Below, piece by piece: positions 19,801-29,725 of a stretch of 64,000 bases of DNA. The notes under the pieces are model-generated. The model was not told where the DNA came from and searched no databases. It saw nothing but the letters and a program-made list of their open reading frames with translations. The DNA comes from an uncultured bacterium (GTDB taxonomy: Bacteria; Oederibacteriota; JAAXVQ01): NCBI GenBank assembly GCA_964604705.1, contig CAZSAP010000005.1:85218-149217 (forward strand), given 5' to 3'. Each line of letters starts with the position of its first letter. Positions within the stretch are counted from its first letter, which is position 1. The translations under genes were made by a program, and so were the position numbers.

Positions 19801-22473
19801 GTGTTTTGGGAACGTATGTTCCTACTTCGCCCAACCCAAACGGGGTGTTTTTGGAGGAAGCGATTGCGTGGATTAAGCGTATTCTGGGTGGGAATTCTCA
19901 TCCTTTGCCTTGTCCCATCGATTCATGCTTCGCGTGAGCCGGTTTTACCGGCTGGACACGCTGGATCAAAATCGGCTGCGCTCGGAGGTGCCGGAACGGC
20001 TCTTCCGGGTTCAGCCGAATCGCTTTTTTCCAATCCGGCAGCGCTTTCCCAAATTCGATGGTTAGAAGTATCCTCTTCTTTCGGCAACCAAGATCTCGGC
20101 GATGGGCGTGAAGCCGTATTGGCCGGAGTCTTTCCTTTGGCTGGTCGTTTGGTGGCCGGTGCAAGTTTTATGCACCGTGCTTTTCCTCGTGGTCCCCAAA
20201 ACGAAACCGATGTATTTAGCGCTTCGTTGGCTTTTCCTTTAACGCATAACGGAAAATTTCTCACAGGTGTTACGGCCAAATATTTTATTCGTCAAGAAAC
20301 TATATCCACTCGCGGGTGGGAAACCTCGCGAGGGGCAGGTGTTGATCTGGGGTTGTTGTATGAAGCCTATGCTGATTCCGATGACCGAGCCTTTCAAATG
20401 GCCGTAGCTATTCTTGATCCTCAAACCAATCTGAAAAATGAACATTCTGAAATTCAACTTCCGGTGGTCGTACGGGCCGGGATGTATGGGAGTCTAGGCC
20501 AAGGAACACGCTTGGTTCTGGGGTACGATGTTCAATCGCCGGCCGTAAGTACATATGAGCGGTTTCAAGTTCTGCGTGCAGGTGTGGAACAAACTATGGT
20601 AGTTTCGTTCTTGGATGCATGCTGGATACGTGCCGGCTACGAACGGCGTTTGGATCAAACCGGGATTGCCACCGCGGGCGTAGGCGCGGAATATGCAGAT
20701 TGGCGAGTGGATTACGCTTTGCAGATTCCTGCCGCATTCTCGGATGTTTGGCACCAACTAACCCTTTCTTGGGGTTGGCAGCGTTCCGTGAAATCCAAAG
20801 AAGTGTATGTTCCTGAACCTGTGGCCACGCCTGAGACCAAGTCACAGCGTGCTCCCAAACAGGAGGATCGACTTTTTTCAGCCCTCAGTATTGCCGCAGA
20901 GGTGGAAGAAGGGAACCGCAAAAGTGCGTTTGAGGAAGGCACTCCTACTCCGACGGCCACACCCACGTCCAAGATAAGGAAACCCATGGAGTCAAGGTCG
21001 GAGGACGAGGGGGTTTCGTATCACCTCAATGTTCCGCAAAGCCCTGCCGATGAAGAAAAGACTACGATTGCTCCTGAACTTGAGGTTCCGGGGACCTTTT
21101 CCAATTATATGGCCGGGATTCGTCCTTCACGGGATAATTTTAAAATTATCAACCAGGATTTGCGATTGCATGTGGTGGTCAATCCCTTTTCCCCCAACCG
21201 TGACGGTCGGCAGGATCGCACCATCTTTGTGGGACGTGTTGAATCCGAACGCTTGCGTGTGGCGCGCTGGGTCATCAACGTGCTGCAGGGCGATCAAGTC
21301 TTTCGCTCGTTCCGGGGCGGAAGTCGCATGCCGCATAATTTGGAATGGGATGGTTCGGATGCACGCGGAAAAATTCTCCCCGATGGAACCTACGACATTC
21401 TGTTACGTGTGTTCGATGAGACAGGTTTGGAAATATCGGCCGCCACGCAGCCCGTGGTTTTGCGTACCAAAATTGACCCGATTAAAATGACGGTGCCGGA
21501 ACTGGTGACGCTTACCGGGGATCGTGAGCAAGACAAGCCCGTGCTGATTACCGTACCCAAGCTGGCCCGCAGCAGCGATTGGCGCTTGGTGATTACCGAC
21601 CCGCGCAACCGAAAGGTGTTCGACAAAAGTGCCGGGGGGGAAGTTCCAGAGAAGTTTGCTTGGGCACCCCGCATGGGCAGCCGTGTCCTCTCGTCGGGCA
21701 AGTATCGTTTACAACTTACGTATCGCGATGAGGTTGGACTAAAAGGAACGTCGGATGCAAGCTTGAAGATTGGTTATGCGGAATTTAGTGTGGAACTAAA
21801 AGCTGCACCTTTGTTGTTTAAACCGGGGGCCAATCCGGAAGAAGGGGTAACCTTCACTCCGGAGATCCAGGGTGAGATCAAGATTTCTCGCTGGACCCTT
21901 ACCATGTACGAAGTGAATCAAGAGCGGGCATTACGCATTTTGGAAGGCGAGGGCGTACCACCGGCAACAATTGTCTGGGATGGCAAAGATCAGGATGGGA
22001 AAGATCTTCCTGGCGGAAAGCTAATCCGCGCGGTCTTGACGGTCCAATCGGCCGTAGGTACCGAAGAAACCGCCGAGGCTCCGCAACTGCAGTCCGATCT
22101 CGGGGCGTATACAGGGAAGCAAGCACTCACGATCAACCTGGTTCGCGTTACGTTTGCTTCGGAGGCTGCGGATATTTCCGAGATCGCCATGAAATCACTC
22201 TTGGATGCAGCTAAAGTGATCAATCAATATAAAACCGATTATTCCATCCGTGTATTGGGGTATTGCGATCAAAAAGAAGCCAAGGGAAGAGAAACAGAGC
22301 TCTCACGCCTCCGAGCTCAGAAGGTCTTGGATTATTTGGTTCGCGAGGGCAAGATTGCAGCTGAAAAAATCCAATCGGTTGGGTATGGAAATGAAAAACC
22401 TTTGTCTACAGATCCCTCGGATACTGAGCAAATGAAGAATCGCCGGGTCGAGGTCGTTTTATTTGCAAAATAG
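19801..22473 (+). CDS. PorV/PorQ-like barrel + FlgD-Ig repeats + OmpA domain protein
   Basis: Signal peptide; GSKSAALGGAGTA...LFSNPAAL; NPFSPNRDGRQD, WDGSDARGKILPDGTY, WDGKDQDG; OmpA end (GYCD...LSRLRAQKV...VGYGNEKP...NRRVEV). Start uncertain. Confidence 0.8.
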   Translation: MFWERMFLLRPTQTGCFWRKRLRGLSVFWVGILILCLVPSIHASREPVLPAGHAGSKSAALGGAGTALPGSAESLFSNPAALSQIRWLEVSSSFGNQDLGDGREAVLAGVFPLAGRLVAGASFMHRAFPRGPQNETDVFSASLAFPLTHNGKFLTGVTAKYFIRQETISTRGWETSRGAGVDLGLLYEAYADSDDRAFQMAVAILDPQTNLKNEHSEIQLPVVVRAGMYGSLGQGTRLVLGYDVQSPAVSTYERFQVLRAGVEQTMVVSFLDACWIRAGYERRLDQTGIATAGVGAEYADWRVDYALQIPAAFSDVWHQLTLSWGWQRSVKSKEVYVPEPVATPETKSQRAPKQEDRLFSALSIAAEVEEGNRKSAFEEGTPTPTATPTSKIRKPMESRSEDEGVSYHLNVPQSPADEEKTTIAPELEVPGTFSNYMAGIRPSRDNFKIINQDLRLHVVVNPFSPNRDGRQDRTIFVGRVESERLRVARWVINVLQGDQVFRSFRGGSRMPHNLEWDGSDARGKILPDGTYDILLRVFDETGLEISAATQPVVLRTKIDPIKMTVPELVTLTGDREQDKPVLITVPKLARSSDWRLVITDPRNRKVFDKSAGGEVPEKFAWAPRMGSRVLSSGKYRLQLTYRDEVGLKGTSDASLKIGYAEFSVELKAAPLLFKPGANPEEGVTFTPEIQGEIKISRWTLTMYEVNQERALRILEGEGVPPATIVWDGKDQDGKDLPGGKLIRAVLTVQSAVGTEETAEAPQLQSDLGAYTGKQALTINLVRVTFASEAADISEIAMKSLLDAAKVINQYKTDYSIRVLGYCDQKEAKGRETELSRLRAQKVLDYLVREGKIAAEKIQSVGYGNEKPLSTDPSDTEQMKNRRVEVVLFAK

Positions 22474-22619
22474 TTTCTTTTTTACTAACCACCTATCTCC
22501 AATTAATCCTTTTTATTTTTAGACAAATACAGTAAAACGCTTGTTTTTAAAGAATATTAATTGATTATTTGCGTTTGCATTTATCTGCGAAAAAATATAC
22601 ATAAAAATGCTTGGAAAAC

Positions 22620-22647
22620 TTTACACTGATATATTTTGTGCTATACT
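22620..22647 (+). promoter_or_regulatory. Putative sigma70 promoter with extended -10
   Basis: TTTACA-N16-TATACT, with TG one base upstream of the -10 box. Confidence 0.45.
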
Positions 22648-22721
22648 TGTTACAGAACAGTCAAGACGCCAATGCGTTTTCAACGACATCAAAGTCTTGG
22701 ACATAGGGGGTGGAGGTTATG

Positions 22722-23735
22722 ATGAACAAAATGAAGAAACTTACACTGGGATTGGTTCTGATGTTAAGCGCTCTACTGGTCATGACAGCAGGGTGCGGAA
22801 AAAATGCGGTGGGACCCACGACGCCGAGCATGTCGTTGGAGTCTGAGGAGCTGTCCGACACGGCGGCCATGCAGGAATACTCAATTGCCTGTCATAGAGG
22901 CGAGGGGGGGCTTGGTCCGCGGGCTTGGATGTATCGCTTTATGATGCGGCTTACGCCAGTGAAAATTCTCCAAACATCAGACGAGATCAGCGAAGGTTAC
23001 TTCACCGATCCTGAAGTAAAAAGAACCGTCAAACGCGTCTTGACTTCACGGCTTTTCTACCTCATTGCGTTCAATCACGGCGCAGCATACTTGATGGTGG
23101 ATACGTTTATTCGCATTATCTCCAACGCTTGGTCGCCTGAGGGCGATGAAAATCCTGGAGCATTTCCGGCCAAGGTTACGCTGTTTCCGCGGGATTGGAA
23201 CCGGCATCAACTCTTCCATGGTCAGTTGCAGGCAGGGTGGTTGAATCCCGGACCTGGACGCTATGTGATGGATCAGTACAATGCCACCAATCAACGTGTG
23301 ACCCTGAATACCTCAACCATTGACATGGACACAGACGGGGATTTTTACCAAAATCAGAATAACTTCCGCGTGTACCGTTGGTATTTTGGGACGTCCATCA
23401 ATTTGGCCCGGGCCAAGGTTTCGTTTCAATACAATCCGGAACCCGACATGCGCTTGTTGTCGTTTGATGGTCAGTCCACATTTACCGACGAAGACGGGAG
23501 CATGATTATTTTTGATGAAGTCTGGGCCTCGGTAAAAGACAAGAGTGCGCGTTGCCACATTCGTTCTTCGTCGGGTGTTTTGGATATTAATTTGACCTTT
23601 GCTGCCGATGGATCGGGCAGTGGCAGCATGGATATTCGCAACGTGTTTGGCGCCACCACCCATTACGACTATGTGCAGTATGCAAATGGTCATGGCTATT
23701 GGAAGAAAAATGGCGGGAAGAAACGCGGATTTTAA
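22722..23735 (+). CDS. Hypothetical lipoprotein
   Basis: Lipobox LLVMTAGC after basic N-terminus; GGAGG RBS; beta-rich C-terminal half. Confidence 0.8.
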   Translation: MNKMKKLTLGLVLMLSALLVMTAGCGKNAVGPTTPSMSLESEELSDTAAMQEYSIACHRGEGGLGPRAWMYRFMMRLTPVKILQTSDEISEGYFTDPEVKRTVKRVLTSRLFYLIAFNHGAAYLMVDTFIRIISNAWSPEGDENPGAFPAKVTLFPRDWNRHQLFHGQLQAGWLNPGPGRYVMDQYNATNQRVTLNTSTIDMDTDGDFYQNQNNFRVYRWYFGTSINLARAKVSFQYNPEPDMRLLSFDGQSTFTDEDGSMIIFDEVWASVKDKSARCHIRSSSGVLDINLTFAADGSGSGSMDIRNVFGATTHYDYVQYANGHGYWKKNGGKKRGF

Positions 23736-23754
23736 AGTATAATTAACCTAATTC

Positions 23755-23796
23755 AAGCCCTGGGCGAACCTGAATGTCCAGGGCTTGCTTTTTTTT
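23755..23796 (+). terminator. Rho-independent terminator
   Basis: AAGCCCTGGGC...GTCCAGGGCTT hairpin followed by GC and a T-run. Confidence 0.75.
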
Positions 23797-23806
23797 AGGC
23801 GGGGTT

Positions 23807-26299
23807 ATGCTGAGTGCTCCAATGAAAACGAAAATTCGGTACATAATGGCCAGGCTGATGGGGGTTGGTATCTGCCTTGGCGTTTGGATGCAAAGCGGGG
23901 TGGCGCACGCGGATCCCAATGCCGGGGTTAGCTACGATTCCACTGGTTCGGTTAATTGCGTGTCCGTAGACGGTACGCGCAATCGCCTTTATTTAGGAAC
24001 CGCTGACGGAACCAATACCTTTCTGGTCTACTCGTTACAATCCAATGGCAATGTCTCGTCTTTAATCAGCAGTGGATACATTGGTTCCAATATTGTCAGC
24101 TTGGCCGTAGACTCGGAGCGAAATCGACTCTACGCGGCCAATGCCAGCACCACCGAGTTGTATGTATTTACCTTGGATGCCCTCGGGAATACCACGGCGG
24201 TTGCCTCCACCAATGTGTTTTCGGGAAACGCCACTTCACTGGCGTTAAACGGGCGTTGGCAGCGTTTGTACGTGGGGACGCAAAACGCCAATGGTCTTGG
24301 GGTATGTCGGCTCAATGCCAGCGGGGATGTGACCAGCAATACAGTTGCCTGCTCAAGCGGCGCCAATGTGTATTCACTGGCCTTGGACGAAGCGCGGCAT
24401 AAGCTCTACTTGGGAGGCGCCAGCGGCAATCTACGCGTGTATACCTTGAATCCGGCCAACGGTGAGCCTGTGACCCTTACGGGCCCCTACGCCTCGGGAG
24501 CTGGAAATATCGTGAGCATGGCTTTGGACAGTGTCCTAAACCGATTGTACGTAGCTTCGGGCAATTATATCTATGCGTACACACTCAACGACAATAGCTC
24601 GGGCGATCCAGGGGAACCGTTATCGGGCCCGGCATCCTACAACGCCGGTTTTGCGGTGAATGCCTTGGCGCTCGATGCGGCTCACCGGCGTTTGTACGTA
24701 GGGGTGGCTACCTCCGGCACCAGTGATATGCGATGGATGGATTTGATGAGCAATGGGGATCTGGGTGTGGTTATCACCCCGGTCAACGGTGGCGACGACG
24801 TACGGGCCATGGCCCTGGATCTAAAGCGGCAGCGGCTTTATACCGGGGCCAATACCGGCGGGTCGTTCTATCATACCATGACCGACGCTGTCATGACGCC
24901 GCTTTGGATTAACAACGGAGAAGCCAACACCACCGATCCGAACATAACCTTGAAATGGTGTGTGCCCAATGCCCAGTTTGTGCGGGTCGAGAACTCGGGT
25001 TTGCAGGATTATTATTTCCCGGTCTCGTACACACCCAACACCACCTTCGACCAATGGCTCTCGGCCGGGAGCGCCACCTGGAGTGCCGATGGGACCACGC
25101 GACCGGTGACCTTGACGGTGAAGGCCACGCTGAGCGCAGGTTCGGGTACCAAAGATATTTTTGTGTGGTTCTGGGAAAGCTCGGGTGCCACCAACACCAA
25201 CGGAATCATTCGCAGAGAACAAGCCTCGATCAGTTTCAACGGGAGTTCACCGACCTGGACCCCCACGGCCACGGCCACGCCGACATATACCGCCACACCG
25301 ACGGCCACACCGTCGTACACATGGACGCCGACCAACACCGCCACTTCGACGATGACCCCGAGTGCGACCCCGACCTATACACCCAGCAACACAAGAACAC
25401 CCACACATACGCCTACTTGGACGCCGACTTACACTGGGACACCTACGCAGACACCTACGTCAACGTTCACTCCGAGCGCGACGCCCTCGCATACCCCGAC
25501 CGTCACCCCAACATCAACCTGGACGCCAACGTACACCGCAACCTCAACTGCGACACCCAGTGCCACACCGTCCCATACACCGACGTTTACCCGGACCCCC
25601 ACGCACACACCGACGTTCACTTTGACCTCAACCGCCACACCAAGCATGACACCGTCCTATACACCGACGTTTACTCGGACACCTACGCACACACCTACAT
25701 ATACAGCGACCTCAACGCTGACACCGAGCCATTCGCCGACGGGTACCCCTTCGAGCACCTCCTCGCCAACGTTTACGTCCACCCACACGACCAGTCCGAC
25801 ACGAACCGTCACTTCGACTCCGACGTACACATCAACTGTAACCGCCACGCCTACCGTGACCCCGACCTCAACGGTCACACCCTACTGGTCGGCCACGACC
25901 ACGCGCACCATCACGGTTACATCCACCATTTCACCGACCGGAACCATGACGCCGACCATAACCGTGACTGTCACCGAGACCCCAACACTGCCGCCAACCG
26001 CAACCCCAACCCCTGCGGCGAAGATGTTTCTCGATCGCAACCATTTCAATCCTGAACGGGAAACGCTGAGCATTCAGCTTGGCTTTGTTGAACCTACGGA
26101 GGTGAATCTGGAGATTTATTCACTCTCCGGTCGGAAAGTATGGAGCCGCACCCTAAGCGGCGTGCAACCCGGGTACCAAACCGTGGTATGGGATGGGCGC
26201 AACACCTCCGGTGACTATGTGGGTTCGGGTGCGTATTTTGTGGTGCTCCAACGCGAGGGTCAGAAACAATACCTGCGTAAGGTTCTGGTGATTAAATAA
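23807..26299 (+). CDS. Secreted surface protein: 7-blade beta-propeller + Thr/Pro stalk + C-terminal FlgD-Ig (T9SS-sorting-like) domain
   Basis: Seven SLALD...RLYVG-type repeats; about 255 aa T-P-T repeat; C-terminus [11 protein letters not shown]...[19 protein letters not shown]...RKVLVIK. Start uncertain. Confidence 0.85.
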   Translation: MLSAPMKTKIRYIMARLMGVGICLGVWMQSGVAHADPNAGVSYDSTGSVNCVSVDGTRNRLYLGTADGTNTFLVYSLQSNGNVSSLISSGYIGSNIVSLAVDSERNRLYAANASTTELYVFTLDALGNTTAVASTNVFSGNATSLALNGRWQRLYVGTQNANGLGVCRLNASGDVTSNTVACSSGANVYSLALDEARHKLYLGGASGNLRVYTLNPANGEPVTLTGPYASGAGNIVSMALDSVLNRLYVASGNYIYAYTLNDNSSGDPGEPLSGPASYNAGFAVNALALDAAHRRLYVGVATSGTSDMRWMDLMSNGDLGVVITPVNGGDDVRAMALDLKRQRLYTGANTGGSFYHTMTDAVMTPLWINNGEANTTDPNITLKWCVPNAQFVRVENSGLQDYYFPVSYTPNTTFDQWLSAGSATWSADGTTRPVTLTVKATLSAGSGTKDIFVWFWESSGATNTNGIIRREQASISFNGSSPTWTPTATATPTYTATPTATPSYTWTPTNTATSTMTPSATPTYTPSNTRTPTHTPTWTPTYTGTPTQTPTSTFTPSATPSHTPTVTPTSTWTPTYTATSTATPSATPSHTPTFTRTPTHTPTFTLTSTATPSMTPSYTPTFTRTPTHTPTYTATSTLTPSHSPTGTPSSTSSPTFTSTHTTSPTRTVTSTPTYTSTVTATPTVTPTSTVTPYWSATTTRTITVTSTISPTGTMTPTITVTVTETPTLPPTATPTPAAKMFLDRNHFNPERETLSIQLGFVEPTEVNLEIYSLSGRKVWSRTLSGVQPGYQTVVWDGRNTSGDYVGSGAYFVVLQREGQKQYLRKVLVIK
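25250..26014 (+). repeat. Low-complexity Thr/Pro(Ser) tandem repeat (coding)
   Basis: ACN-CCN codon runs with recurring units such as [17 protein letters not shown]. Confidence 0.95.
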
Positions 26300-28521
26300 T
26301 GCGCCTGGGAAAATGCCTGACGTACATCCTGGTGGGGTCTCTGAGTGCACTGCCGTTGGTGAGCATGGCCAGCGAGGGCAGTACGGGCTCGGATTTTCTC
26401 AAGCTCAACCCCGGTGCGCGTGGCACCGCCTTGTCCGAAGCCTATATGGCCACGGGCAGTGACAGTGAAACCCTTTACCACAACCCTGCCGGCATGCTGG
26501 ATTTGGTCAACCCGCAAATCTATGTGGGGCACTTGGCCTGGTGGGAAGGTATCACCTACGATTCGTTCTGGGGCGTTCAACCCTTGGAAAAAGAACGTGC
26601 CTTGGGAGCCGCGGTTTCGATCTTGAACATCCCCCCGTTTAACAGCACCGAAGACCCAGACATAGCCTCGGACTCAGCCTGGAGTCTCCTGGCCAAAGTG
26701 GGTTATGCACATAAGTGGAACCGGACCTTGGCTGTGGGAGCGGTTTTAAATGTCATGGCCTCGCAACTGGCCGAGAATCGCGCCTGGGGCCTTTCCTTGG
26801 ACGCGGGTGCCAAATACTACATGTGGAACGATCGACTCGTCGTGGCCGCAGTGCTGCGCAACCTGGGCCTTATGTCCGCCTTTGAATCCCGCTCCGATGC
26901 GCTTCCGCTTATGGGCGGCCTGGGTGCCGGGTATACGCTGCTGCAGGAAGAATGGCTGCGCTCGACCGTGGATTTGGATGTGAAACTTCCCTTAGGCGAT
27001 CGACCGGTTTTCGCTTTAGGCCACGAGACCTGGCTCTGGAACTCGGTGGCAATGCGCTGGGGCGTAAACACCACCAGCGATACCGGGGATTGGGTGACGT
27101 GCGGCGCTGGGTTTCGTTGGCAACAGATACATGTGGATTATGCGCTCAAGCCTTTGGGGTTGATGGGCCCGGTCCATCAAGTTTCAGCCGGGTATGATTT
27201 TGGGCGGCAAGTGAAGTTGGACCCGCCGAAACTCAGTGTACGCTTGATCAATCGGCAAGTGGTATACCCCGATGGGGAAACCGGGAACGAAGTGGAGTTT
27301 ATTCCACTGTGTAAGATACCCGCAGGTTTGGAACGCTGGACACTCGACATCACCGATCGAAACGGCAAAACTGTGAAACACAGTCAAGGCGGAGCACCGT
27401 TGCCCCTGCGTATTGTCTGGGACGGAAAAAACGACCAAAGCCAGACCGTGGACCGCGAGGCGTATTACATTTACCGCCTGGAAGTGGTGGATAAGCGGGG
27501 ATACTCGGACGAGAGCCAAGGTGAGATCCTGCCGATCTCAATAACCCGGTTACCACAGCTCAAAGCCGGACCGCGTGACATATACGCCGGCAAGGTGACC
27601 TTTGCCCCCAAGGGCAGCGAGACCGCGGCCGAGTGGTCCATAAGCATCATGAATGCGCAAGGCCTCGTACTTAAGAAGTACCAAGGCGTGGGCCCAATCC
27701 CGAAGGATTTTGGCTGGGACGGCAAAGACGAGTTTAACCACCAAGTCTCGGTCCAAGAAGGCTTCCACTATGTCATGCAGGTCAAGGATAAGGCTGGCAA
27801 TGAGATAAAGTCCGTGGCGCCCCTGGCCCAGGTGGATGCCGGTACCAAGGCGTATGCGGAGAGCAACACACCTGTGGCCGAGCAACTGGTCTTCCGTTTC
27901 CGCCTCCAGCCGGAGATCAAGTTCAAGGGTTGGGCGCTGGACATCGTGGACGCAGACACCGGCAAAGTGGTGCGTACCTTCTCGGCCGACGGACGTCCGC
28001 CTGAGGCTGTTACTTGGGACTCGCGCGATGACCAAGGGCGTGTGGTGGCCTTGAACCAGAAGTTTAACTACGTCCTGCGCTTGCAGGATCACGTGGGGAA
28101 TGTCTGGCAACAGGCTTCTGAGCTAAGGCGCACACCTTTGAACATTGTCTCCCAAGAACCGGGTATGACGAAAATTAAGATTGATCAAATCCTTTTCGAG
28201 TTCAATCGAGCCGAACTCAAGCCCTGGGTCTATGAAAAACTGCGGAAAGTCGCGGACCTCATAAAAGGCTATCCGGCAGGCAAGGTGCATGCCGTGATCG
28301 AGGGGCATACCGATGAGATCGGCACCGAACAGTTCAATCGGGAACTCTCCACCAGCCGGGCCAACATGGTCATGCGGTATTTGGTAGAAGAGGAAGGCAT
28401 CTCGTCTGCCGTACTCGAGATCAAGGGCCTGGGCAAGACCGTTCCTCTCAGCACCAGCTCCGACCCGGAGAGCATGGCCAAAAACCGCCGGGTCGAAGTC
28501 ACGCTGTATTTGTCGAAATAA
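26299..28521 (+). CDS. PorV/PorQ family barrel + three Ig-like repeats + OmpA domain protein
   Basis: FLKLNPGARGTALSEAY...LYHNPAGM PorV-type signature; WDGKNDQ, WDGKDEF, WDSRDDQG repeats; IEGHTDEIG...LSTSRA...NRRVEV. TAATG overlap with the upstream gene. Confidence 0.88.
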   Translation: MRLGKCLTYILVGSLSALPLVSMASEGSTGSDFLKLNPGARGTALSEAYMATGSDSETLYHNPAGMLDLVNPQIYVGHLAWWEGITYDSFWGVQPLEKERALGAAVSILNIPPFNSTEDPDIASDSAWSLLAKVGYAHKWNRTLAVGAVLNVMASQLAENRAWGLSLDAGAKYYMWNDRLVVAAVLRNLGLMSAFESRSDALPLMGGLGAGYTLLQEEWLRSTVDLDVKLPLGDRPVFALGHETWLWNSVAMRWGVNTTSDTGDWVTCGAGFRWQQIHVDYALKPLGLMGPVHQVSAGYDFGRQVKLDPPKLSVRLINRQVVYPDGETGNEVEFIPLCKIPAGLERWTLDITDRNGKTVKHSQGGAPLPLRIVWDGKNDQSQTVDREAYYIYRLEVVDKRGYSDESQGEILPISITRLPQLKAGPRDIYAGKVTFAPKGSETAAEWSISIMNAQGLVLKKYQGVGPIPKDFGWDGKDEFNHQVSVQEGFHYVMQVKDKAGNEIKSVAPLAQVDAGTKAYAESNTPVAEQLVFRFRLQPEIKFKGWALDIVDADTGKVVRTFSADGRPPEAVTWDSRDDQGRVVALNQKFNYVLRLQDHVGNVWQQASELRRTPLNIVSQEPGMTKIKIDQILFEFNRAELKPWVYEKLRKVADLIKGYPAGKVHAVIEGHTDEIGTEQFNRELSTSRANMVMRYLVEEEGISSAVLEIKGLGKTVPLSTSSDPESMAKNRRVEVTLYLSK

Positions 28522-28642
28522 ATAAGAAATAAAATGCAATTAATTTGACGATTGTTGGTCATAACACGAACGACAATTTATACGACTTGAGTTGTGTCCA
28601 TAACTTAAGTGTCGATTGTCGAAAAAAGGACTAGGAGTTTAA

Positions 28643-29725
28643 ATGAAAAAGACGATATGGATTTTAGGGTTGGTAGGGGTTTTAGGTGGCTGGAGCATGT
28701 TGGCATGGGGGCAGACGTCTCGCAGTGGGCAAGCGACCGCTCAACAGGATCAGACCAGTGAGAGTGCCGTAGCTCCGCAGACCACTGAGGCAGAAGAAGC
28801 AACTACTGAAGGCGAAAAACCAGAGGCCCAGAGTACATCGCGTACGATTCAACCCCTTACGGGCAATTTGCTTTTTGCGGACGGGATCTACTTGCGCAAT
28901 GTCACGGTGTTGTACCATAAAGACGGAGTCGTCCAGTTCACCTGCGAGGGTGATGATGCCTTGTACAGTGTGAAAAGCAAAAACGTGAAAAGCATTTCTC
29001 CGGAAGTTCCGGAGGGGTATGTGCTGGTAAAACCTATGGATTTGCAGAAAATTAAGCGCATTTCAGTGATTCCCACTGAGCACGTGGTTCGCATGCTTCC
29101 GTTTATTTACGTGGGTGCGGGCTATGCTCAATACCTTATGGCGGATATAAATCGTTGGATCGACGAGTCCAATACGGTTATGCGCATGTACGGCGTGCCG
29201 ACTGAAAATAGGATATCATCGTTTGCTTTTTTGGATGGGGGAGCCGGACTTTGGTTTAACGAATACATTGCAGCAGGCGTGGATTGCGGATATCATGCGC
29301 CCAATGCTACGGGCGGAACCACGGGTATGGGTGAACAGATGTTGCTTTCAGCTGTCGAAGGCAGTGGTTTTTTAAAAGTGGCAACCAATCGTCAGGAAAA
29401 GATGTTTTTTACAGGTACTCTGAGCCTTGGCGCTCTTAGTCTATCAGACGCGTATATGGATGAATATGTCTTTGGGCGGAAGTATCGTTGGTCGCTAAAC
29501 GGCAGTACAACCTGCGTGAAGATTGGCGGAGGCGTGGAGTGGCGTTTTGGGAAACATCTGGGCTTAGGGGTGGATGTTGGCTACCGCTCAGCTAAAATCA
29601 CCGAGGTTAAGGCCGATATCTCAAATGGCCGAAAAAACGTACGGGTTACTCATGCAGACGGCTCACCTTTGGAGATCGATTACAGCGGGGTGTATGGGAA
29701 AACTGGGTTGAGGGTTTATTTTTAA
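28643..29725 (+). CDS. Outer-membrane beta-barrel protein with N-terminal repeat-family domain
   Basis: Signal peptide; alternating strands (GGGVEWRFGKHLGLGVDVGYR); terminal GLRVYF BAM-type signal. Confidence 0.8.
   Translation: MKKTIWILGLVGVLGGWSMLAWGQTSRSGQATAQQDQTSESAVAPQTTEAEEATTEGEKPEAQSTSRTIQPLTGNLLFADGIYLRNVTVLYHKDGVVQFTCEGDDALYSVKSKNVKSISPEVPEGYVLVKPMDLQKIKRISVIPTEHVVRMLPFIYVGAGYAQYLMADINRWIDESNTVMRMYGVPTENRISSFAFLDGGAGLWFNEYIAAGVDCGYHAPNATGGTTGMGEQMLLSAVEGSGFLKVATNRQEKMFFTGTLSLGALSLSDAYMDEYVFGRKYRWSLNGSTTCVKIGGGVEWRFGKHLGLGVDVGYRSAKITEVKADISNGRKNVRVTHADGSPLEIDYSGVYGKTGLRVYF

Noticed and set aside
24955-26055. 366-aa His/Asp-rich alternative-frame ORF and antisense Val/Gly-rich ORFs
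   Set aside because: Shadow frames of the ACN-CCN Thr/Pro repeat, which contains few stop codons.
28535-28546. Sigma54 promoter reading of the TGCAATTAATTT motif
   Set aside because: No GG at the -24 position on either strand in any of the three copies.
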